DNA from: Rickettsiales bacterium
GTDB taxonomy: Bacteria; Pseudomonadota; Alphaproteobacteria; Rickettsiales; UBA8987
Reading direction: 5' to 3'
Assembly (NCBI GenBank): GCA_020630095.1
Contig: JAHDCD010000004.1
Span: forward strand, 13,580-77,579
DNA length: 64,000 nucleotides
The position numbers and the translations under genes were made by a program. Of the stretch, positions 58,067-64,000 are shown one piece after another (position 1 is the stretch's first letter; each line of letters starts with the position of its first letter). Under the pieces are notes generated by a model, which made no database searches, had not been told where the DNA came from, and saw only the letters and a program-made list of their open reading frames with translations.

Positions 58067-58813
58067 GACTTCTATTCTTTGTTATGGCATTTTGCTTGTT
58101 CTTTTTATTGAGAAGTTTTACGGTTAACTTATCCATTGATTGAACTAGATGGACAAAGCCTTCAACATCTGGAGGATCAAAAACATCTATATATGCTTTG
58201 ATTTCTGAAAATGGTATTAAGGATATTCCAAAACCTACATTTCTGCTTGAAGAAAGAGTTGTAAACCCTTGTTTTACATATTCTAAATGTGGGTATATTA
58301 TGGGTGTATTTTGTAGGGCATCAGGGATAGTGCCTGTTTTTTCTTTTATGCTATTTAGAAAGTCTAAATGCTTGCCCCACTCAACTTGCCATTCAACCCA
58401 CGAAGCTAGTTTTTTTCCGCTTCTTCTAACTCCTCTTCACGGAATAGCTCAAAGTTTGTTGCCAGCTCAACTATAAAATCTCTAAAGTCTGATAATGTAG
58501 GGTCAGAAAGAACCTTAAGAGCATTTTCTTTTGAGTAAGGTAATTTCTTATTATCTAATTCAAGATTTTCCCAGTCTAGTAAAACCGCTTCAGCTAGACA
58601 TTCGGTTGCTATCTTTTCTTCAATTTTAGGGTCTAGTTTGCCAGTTCTAATTTGCCTTTGGTAAGGTTGCGTAAGACGGTTATATTCCCTTTGGAAATTA
58701 GGGTTCTTAAGCCTAGCAATTTTAAGCTTTAAGCCATCGCCTAAATCTTCTGTCCAAGTTCCATCAGTAGCTTTGCTTATGTTAATTCCGTATTGTTTTC
58801 TTAAATCTGCCAT
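58038..58813 (-). CDS. tail assembly chaperone GT-like fusion made by a -1 programmed frameshift at A-AAA-AAC (58415-58409)
   Basis: After the heptamer, the -1 frame is open for 123 codons (LASWVEWQVEWGKHLDF...GKQITRNH*) with no start codon of its own. It ends at 58038, overlapping the tape-measure start. Confidence 0.7.
58406..58813 (-). CDS. tail assembly chaperone (G-like, 135 aa)
   Basis: It lies between the tail tube and tape measure genes. It ends ...GAA AAA AAC TAG, with the slippery heptamer in frame. Confidence 0.8.
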   Translation of the reverse strand: MADLRKQYGINISKATDGTWTEDLGDGLKLKIARLKNPNFQREYNRLTQPYQRQIRTGKLDPKIEEKIATECLAEAVLLDWENLELDNKKLPYSKENALKVLSDPTLSDFRDFIVELATNFELFREEELEEAEKN

Positions 58814-58857
58814 AGTTTATATGTTTTTGAATTATAAACCGTGCTGTAAATAAATTT

Positions 58858-59646
58858 TTATTTTTTAGGTTCTTCAATGGACTTGAGAACTTTAATACCT
58901 AAGTTTGTAATCTTAAAACTATCGTCTTTGTTTAACTCATTTACGAGAGGTTCTAACCTTGTATCCACTCCATAGGCATGAGTACCACTAGAACCATTAT
59001 TAACATTTAGAGAAGATGTATTAATTTTATTCTTTACAACTTCAATTAATCCTTGTGATAGAAGTTGGTAACTTATTGATTTCCTTTTATTTTCTAAATC
59101 GAACCTTTCATTTAAAGAGATATCTCTTTGATCAACTTCGCTACCAATCCAAAGTTGAGGAAACTTTCGTTTATATTTATTTAAATGAGGTAAATTATTG
59201 CTTATCTTTTTTTCTTTATAAAAGCCCAGCATTACAAGTTCAGTGTTACTTAGCTTTTGAATTATTTTAAATATAATATCTTGCTCTTCATAATTAAAAA
59301 CTTCATAAGATAAGCCATTTATTAAGGTGTTTACTAACCTTTCTCTCTTCATATCATTTGGAGTTTTAGGAATTATATATAGACTTTCTTCAAATAAGTT
59401 TTGGCGGTCTATATCATCTGAAAAATAACACTTTAACTTTTCAGGAGGTAAATATTCAAACAAAGTGTTTAAATATTCTATTGCCCTATCATTTTGTAAT
59501 GAAATAAGGCTACCTACAACAGTCTCAATAACGGTTCCAACAAGAGGTATGCAGAACAACTCAGATAGACTCTTTATTCCCTCGATACTCTTATCTGCTA
59601 TGTTTTTATCAAATTCTCCTTTTTTATTATCCAGTTTGGTCATCAC
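58858..59646 (-). CDS. hypothetical protein (262 aa) inserted between the tail tube and chaperone genes (moron-like)
   Basis: The ORF is very AT/Lys/Asn-rich compared with its neighbours. It is separated by intergenic gaps on both sides, whereas flanking structural genes are tightly packed. Confidence 0.55.
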   Translation of the reverse strand: MMTKLDNKKGEFDKNIADKSIEGIKSLSELFCIPLVGTVIETVVGSLISLQNDRAIEYLNTLFEYLPPEKLKCYFSDDIDRQNLFEESLYIIPKTPNDMKRERLVNTLINGLSYEVFNYEEQDIIFKIIQKLSNTELVMLGFYKEKKISNNLPHLNKYKRKFPQLWIGSEVDQRDISLNERFDLENKRKSISYQLLSQGLIEVVKNKINTSSLNVNNGSSGTHAYGVDTRLEPLVNELNKDDSFKITNLGIKVLKSIEEPKK

Positions 59647-59692
59647 TAGATAATGATTTTTAAAGATAAAAGAGCAAGCTATTTGAATTTAA

Positions 59693-60874
59693 CTAAGCAT
59701 CGAATTTGTCAATTTGAATAGTGAAGTCATAGTCTGGGTGGCGAATTGCTTGATATTCTGATTCCATGATAATATCGCTATCTGCCGAACCTGCCGCTAA
59801 GTTTGAGCTTACAAACTTAATTCTAGGGAGTGTGAAGATATAGTTATTTCCTGCTATATCCTTTACTCGAAGTGAGATAGAGGATTCCGTGCCTTCAACA
59901 TATTTCTTATATATTGAGCCATCTTTAAAGTAGGCATTGAGCGTACCAGTAACACCAACTCGGCCAACACCAATACAAACATTACCTAATGTGCCTACGG
60001 CTTTTTGTCCTCTTAGGTTATTAGCTAAGGCAATTGAGAACTCTTGAATCTCTCCGGGAAACTTAGCCCCACCTTCACCAATGTAGGCAACATTATTTAC
60101 GGCATTCATTACATCATTTGCGGGAGCATCAATAGGCGCTCCTGTGCCAACTGTAGCGGTATTTATATTAGCTTCCTTACCTAAGAAACCGAATGAGCCA
60201 CTTAGAATCTCGCCAACAGAAAGACTTAAATTAAAGCTGTTAATCAGCATTCCAGTAAATACCTTAAACTCATTAACATCAGTAAATGCAGTTTCTAGCG
60301 TGTAGCTTTTAGCTTCTGTGCCATTACGAATATTTTTACCTACTGCATCAACTGAAGCTCCTGCGGCTTCATCGACTAAAAGGGTTTCACCCGATACTTG
60401 AAGCGTATTAGACGTAATATCAAGAACTAGAAAATAGCCGTTATTATCTGCGTTACTGAAACCGTCAATTTTTATCCATTGCCCTTTTCTGATGCCTTCG
60501 GCAACAAAATCAGTTGAAGTAGATGAAAATGTATCAGGGTTAACAGAATCCGTTGCTATGGCTTCAATGTCAGTTGCACCCGCTATTGCTACATCTGAAC
60601 CCCAGTTATCGAATAATGCGCCCTCAAATAAATCGTCATAAGCAAGATACGATAATTCAAAATTTACATCGCCTGAAGGCTCTGCATCTGTTTGAATAAG
60701 ATCGGTAATTTGCCTATCTGAACGGATTTCTTGGGATTGAGTATTTTCAATAGAGAAATTAAGCGATTCACCAGTAAAGCGTAAGCCTTTAAGCGGTAAC
60801 GCAGGTGTTTCACCTATATTAGTTTCTTCTACATAAAATAGTTGGGTTCTTGAGGTATCTGCAAAACAAGTCAT
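59693..60874 (-). CDS. major tail (tube) protein (393 aa)
   Basis: Called from its position between the tail-terminator-like gene and the chaperone. The N-terminal FYVEETNIGETP...LRFTGESLNF...SQEIRSDRQ resembles siphovirus tail tube proteins from memory. Confidence 0.55.
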   Translation of the reverse strand: MTCFADTSRTQLFYVEETNIGETPALPLKGLRFTGESLNFSIENTQSQEIRSDRQITDLIQTDAEPSGDVNFELSYLAYDDLFEGALFDNWGSDVAIAGATDIEAIATDSVNPDTFSSTSTDFVAEGIRKGQWIKIDGFSNADNNGYFLVLDITSNTLQVSGETLLVDEAAGASVDAVGKNIRNGTEAKSYTLETAFTDVNEFKVFTGMLINSFNLSLSVGEILSGSFGFLGKEANINTATVGTGAPIDAPANDVMNAVNNVAYIGEGGAKFPGEIQEFSIALANNLRGQKAVGTLGNVCIGVGRVGVTGTLNAYFKDGSIYKKYVEGTESSISLRVKDIAGNNYIFTLPRIKFVSSNLAAGSADSDIIMESEYQAIRHPDYDFTIQIDKFDA

Positions 60875-60876
60875 TT

Positions 60877-61284
60877 TTAAGCTCCAGTTAGTTTGTTTCT
60901 AAAGAAAGGGATTGTAAGGTTTACTCGGTAATGAGTATCGTCCGTGCCTATATCTTGCCTGATAACGCTTCGGCAAGTTATGTCTGATATTGATTTACCT
61001 CGATAAAGGTCATCAATAAAATCTGATATTTCATCTGCTTTAGTTGTTGCTTTATTAAGCTCCAAAAATAAGCCGATAGATATTACGCCTATGTATCTAT
61101 GAAGATTTACATTGCCTAAGCCTATTAGGTTAGAATCTCCGTTTAATATTGCATGGCGTACAAACTCTGATTTTGAGCTAAGCTCTACATTAACCCATGA
61201 GATAGGAATATCTGGATATTGAGTTTCCCAATTACTCTTAAAATAATCTTCAAGTGCTGCTCTTTGTGATTGATAATTACTCAT
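60877..61284 (-). CDS. tail terminator/tail completion-like protein (135 aa)
   Basis: Called from position and size. The N-terminal RAALEDYFKSNWETQYPDIPISWVNVE pattern resembles DUF3168/DUF4128 proteins. Confidence 0.5.
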   Translation of the reverse strand: MSNYQSQRAALEDYFKSNWETQYPDIPISWVNVELSSKSEFVRHAILNGDSNLIGLGNVNLHRYIGVISIGLFLELNKATTKADEISDFIDDLYRGKSISDITCRSVIRQDIGTDDTHYRVNLTIPFFRNKLTGA

Positions 61285-61365
61285 TTATTTTTTGATACGC
61301 AACGCTTCGCTAGCGCATAATCAACTCAAGTTGATTATGACATAACAACGCAACAAGTTGCATTG

Positions 61366-61770
61366 TTATGTAAACATCTCACGAATTTCAGCTAAAGTAA
61401 TACTAACCATGCCTTTAGGAGCTTGCTTGCTAGAGCCAAGCTCTAATACACCAATATAGGGTAAGTTATTAGCTAATGATATTGCCTTAAAACCACGATA
61501 GCTTTCAATTACAGGAACTCCATTATCCATAGCAAGTTGAACTGCAGCATCTTTTGATAATTTATCAATTTCAACAACACCTTGAGGGACTGAATCTACC
61601 GCAACTAGCCAATTGCCTCTCGCTCTGCCACTATCAACGGGAGTTTTAACAACGATTCGTTGTAATGTTTCAAAGGCAATTTTCTGTACTAATTCTTCAT
61701 GCTGTTTTGGTACTAAAGTTTCGGCAAAATGTTTAAGGTCTAAATCAAATTCCTTAATATTGCTTGGCAT
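61366..61770 (-). CDS. HK97 gp10-like neck protein (134 aa)
   Basis: IVVKTPVDSGRARGNW is the typical gp10-family motif. Confidence 0.65.
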   Translation of the reverse strand: MPSNIKEFDLDLKHFAETLVPKQHEELVQKIAFETLQRIVVKTPVDSGRARGNWLVAVDSVPQGVVEIDKLSKDAAVQLAMDNGVPVIESYRGFKAISLANNLPYIGVLELGSSKQAPKGMVSITLAEIREMFT

Positions 61771-62129
61771 TACTTACGAATTTGAAGGTTATAAATTATA
61801 GGCTGACTGCCTATTTGCTCTGAAGTTACTTTGACAATATTATACTCTTCTGAATTGTAGCTTAATTTGTCACCTGAATTTGGAATAAAACTTAAATTCT
61901 TAGCAGCGATAACTACTTTAAGGTCATCTGATTCAACTTGTTTATTTTCAACATAAAAACGAGCATAGCTCTCAACAACGCCCTTAATATTTCTGATAAC
62001 TTCATTTTTAGATACAGTACCAGTTGAAGGATTATATTCAGAATTACTAATTTTAGTTATAGCTATGCTTGCTCCGAAATCATTTATCATAGACTCGGAA
62101 AAGTCTAAAAATTCATCTTCAAAGCTCAT
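61770..62129 (-). CDS. head-closure/head-tail adaptor-like protein (119 aa)
   Basis: Called from position and size only. Confidence 0.45.
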   Translation of the reverse strand: MSFEDEFLDFSESMINDFGASIAITKISNSEYNPSTGTVSKNEVIRNIKGVVESYARFYVENKQVESDDLKVVIAAKNLSFIPNSGDKLSYNSEEYNIVKVTSEQIGSQPIIYNLQIRK

Positions 62130-62686
62130 GATCTAAATATTGGAATTGATTTGTGAGCATAATTTGTAGGTTCGGCAACTTCAGAATTAGCGTTTACTGC
62201 TAATCCGAATAGTAACTGCAATGCTAGTTTCTGCGTTTCTGATGCAGTTGAAGCTATAGTTTCTGCTTCTTCATCATTAAAATATTCAACTTCTAACGAA
62301 CCTACTTTTTGCCTCTTTACCCTGCCTGATGAAGTAGAGCTTGAAGATAGAGTTGAGCCTGAATTAGCTGATAATAGGCTTAATTCAGCACAAGCATATT
62401 TTACCTTTGTTGGAACGGTATCACCGGAAATTAGCCTGCCTTCATGGTCATAGGCATTTCTTCTTGGCCAGCCCAAAGCTTGTGATTCATCTTTGATATT
62501 GCCAATCCATATAAAATTAGAATCAAGATAAGTAGTTGCGTAAAGTAAGCCTGCTTCTTTTTCTTCTGCAGATTTAGCAGCCCATTCGCTGTTATTTCTA
62601 TTTAAGAAATAACTATCTGCATCTGCTACAGATATATAGGAATTGGCATTTTCTAAGCCTGTTCCATCTTCTACAATTATTGCCAT
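62126..62686 (-). CDS. gp6-like head-tail connector (DnaT-like fold) protein (186 aa)
   Basis: The N-terminal IVEDGTGLENANSYISVADADSYF is typical of this family. Confidence 0.6.
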   Translation of the reverse strand: MAIIVEDGTGLENANSYISVADADSYFLNRNNSEWAAKSAEEKEAGLLYATTYLDSNFIWIGNIKDESQALGWPRRNAYDHEGRLISGDTVPTKVKYACAELSLLSANSGSTLSSSSTSSGRVKRQKVGSLEVEYFNDEEAETIASTASETQKLALQLLFGLAVNANSEVAEPTNYAHKSIPIFRS

Positions 62687-62689
62687 ATT

Positions 62690-63469
62690 TTAGTTTTGTG
62701 GATTCCACTTATCAGTATAAGCGCTCTGTATTCGTTGCCGTGTATGGATATGAGGTATGTTGTTAAAGAAACATATCTCTAATATATAGCCTTGAAGTGA
62801 GTGGGTATTTGCTCCGTCATATTTACCGCCTACGCCCATATCAAATGAGCTATCGTCTAATAATGTGCCACTTGTGGGAGTTTCTGTAATTAGTGTAATG
62901 TCTACACCATTAAGTAATATTGTAGGTGTAAATGGTGCATTAGCTGAATCATAAATAACCTCTAACATATAACGCTTTAAACGAGTTATAATCTTATCAG
63001 TTATTACTTCAATTTTACCACCACCAAAATTAGCAGTAAATTTAAGCTTAGCCTTGCGTGAGCTATAATCTACGAGGCTAATGCTCCAATTGCCTTTATC
63101 CAATAACTTGCCGTCATTGCTTCCGCCACGGCTATTCATACGAAACATAATTGCCGTATAAGCTCCACCATTCCAAATGTTATTTAGAAGCGAATTAGCC
63201 TCGCAAAGTAAAACATCGCCACGCCTTCTTCTAAAGAAAACGCCATCTTTATAATTTAAGATAGAACGAGCCTTGATTAGCCTAGGTCTTTGTTTGTTTT
63301 GAACTTTAACCGCATCATTTATATATTTACTGCCATCAGCTAGCAGGTTAACAATAGTTTCCCTTCTGTTGGTTAATCTTAGTGAAGGGTCATCTGCATC
63401 AAACCACAATACGCAATCTTCAGCATGAGGAGGCACAAACTTTGAATCTATTGTGCTTAGTATAATCAT
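62690..63469 (-). CDS. hypothetical phage protein (259 aa), possibly a lectin/LamG-like fold
   Basis: ORF with beta-rich composition, lying between fibre-like and connector genes. The fold guess is weak. Confidence 0.4.
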   Translation of the reverse strand: MIILSTIDSKFVPPHAEDCVLWFDADDPSLRLTNRRETIVNLLADGSKYINDAVKVQNKQRPRLIKARSILNYKDGVFFRRRRGDVLLCEANSLLNNIWNGGAYTAIMFRMNSRGGSNDGKLLDKGNWSISLVDYSSRKAKLKFTANFGGGKIEVITDKIITRLKRYMLEVIYDSANAPFTPTILLNGVDITLITETPTSGTLLDDSSFDMGVGGKYDGANTHSLQGYILEICFFNNIPHIHTRQRIQSAYTDKWNPQN

Positions 63470-63481
63470 ATCATGATATAT

Positions 63482-63985
63482 TTAAGCGAATGATTTGGCG
63501 ATTGTGCCATACATAGAGCCACCGTCTGAAGTGAAGGTAAGAATATCTAAATTGCTTCCGCCAACGCTTAATATCGGAGCATTGCCACCTTCCCATTTGA
63601 AAGCTGGCCCCCAAGTTACAGTTCTGCCACCAGTTGAGTCTTGCTTTAAGTAGAGAATATAAGTACCGCCATTAACCATATTTGTTGGGTCTGGTATGGT
63701 TCTATTGCCTGCGATAGTTACTTCAGCCACTTGAGCATCGTCTAAATTCCATGCAATAGATGGTGCATCTGATAATGAAGCTCGTGAGAAATTCTGCTGT
63801 TTAGAGAAATATGTTTTTACATAATTTTTAACTATGCCTGAATCATAGGCTTGAACATTTGTACCAATTTGCAAACCTAAGGCGGTTCTTGCTCCTGCTG
63901 CTGTACTTTGCCCTGTGCCGCCATTTGCAAGAGGTAATACTCCGCTGGCTTCAGTTGCCATGTTAATAGTGCCAACTTCTAGCAC
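63482..63985 (-). CDS. fibre-like phage protein (about 160 aa)
   Basis: The N-terminal LPLANGGTGQSTAAGARTALGL motif is common at phage fibre N-termini. The likely ATG is at 63961. Confidence 0.5.
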   Translation of the reverse strand: MLEVGTINMATEASGVLPLANGGTGQSTAAGARTALGLQIGTNVQAYDSGIVKNYVKTYFSKQQNFSRASLSDAPSIAWNLDDAQVAEVTIAGNRTIPDPTNMVNGGTYILYLKQDSTGGRTVTWGPAFKWEGGNAPILSVGGSNLDILTFTSDGGSMYGTIAKSFA

Positions 63986-64000
63986 TCCTGAATTAGCTCT

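Larger units (their letters stand above)
45323..64000 (-). mobile_element. prophage (partial): immunity, lysis, tail and neck modules; head/packaging genes would lie beyond 64000
   Basis: A contiguous minus-strand block runs connector, neck, tail tube, chaperone with frameshift, tape measure, GTA-like g12-g15 genes, DUF2793, lysis genes and an XRE repressor. Confidence 0.85.

Noticed and set aside
45323-64000. Calling the tail cluster a gene transfer agent (GTA) rather than a prophage
   Set aside because: The g12-g15 homologues are GTA-like. However, the large tail tube gene, G/GT frameshift, dedicated endolysin/holin genes, repressor and inserted morons fit a phage better. The question cannot be settled without the head/packaging region.
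36574-64000. Search for a direct repeat of the tRNA-Lys 3' end (attR) and for an integrase
   Set aside because: I found neither in the window by eye, so no att sites are reported. They may lie beyond 64000.

Overview
The window is an AT-rich bacterial chromosome segment, almost certainly alphaproteobacterial. Supporting signs are an SspB-alpha-type adaptor, TTAA-N7-TTAA CtrA-type boxes, GTA-like distal tail genes and an argS-SPOR pair. It looks like an intracellular (Rickettsiales/Holosporales-like) lineage, with palindromic elements inserted in-frame into genes and many orphan genes. Positions 1-36.5 kb carry housekeeping genes: lgt (partial), carB, dcd, holB, a cysteine desulfurase, nadA, gyrB, lipA, ybgC, a dsbD-like gene, mraY, a trpD-like gene, grxD, sspB, metG, greA, argS, a SPOR protein and a ccmB-like gene. 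These are interleaved with lineage-specific orphan genes, a tandem family of multi-HTH proteins, an orphan phage terminase gene and several small repeat families. At 36.5 kb a tRNA-Lys(UUU) is followed by an ~8.5 kb island. Its core is a tightly coupled five-gene operon: an MmeI/PglX-family methyltransferase with no visible nuclease motif, a small protein, a 2-TM coiled-coil protein, an SF2 helicase and a T5orf172/GIY-YIG protein. I rate this the best candidate for an uncharacterised defence system. Positions 45.3-64 kb hold the immunity, lysis and tail/neck region of a siphovirus-type prophage on the minus strand. It has GTA-like g12-g15 distal tail genes, a clear G/GT -1 frameshift site, and an inserted Fic/HTH module with triplicated operators. 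The second main finding is a fixed promoter architecture found in front of eight to nine orphan genes: TTAA-N7-TTAA[C/G/A], then N10, a -10-like hexamer, and 6-9 nt to the start codon. This implies a CtrA-type regulon of leaderless transcripts. All functional calls come from reading motifs and from remembered family signatures. No searches were run.
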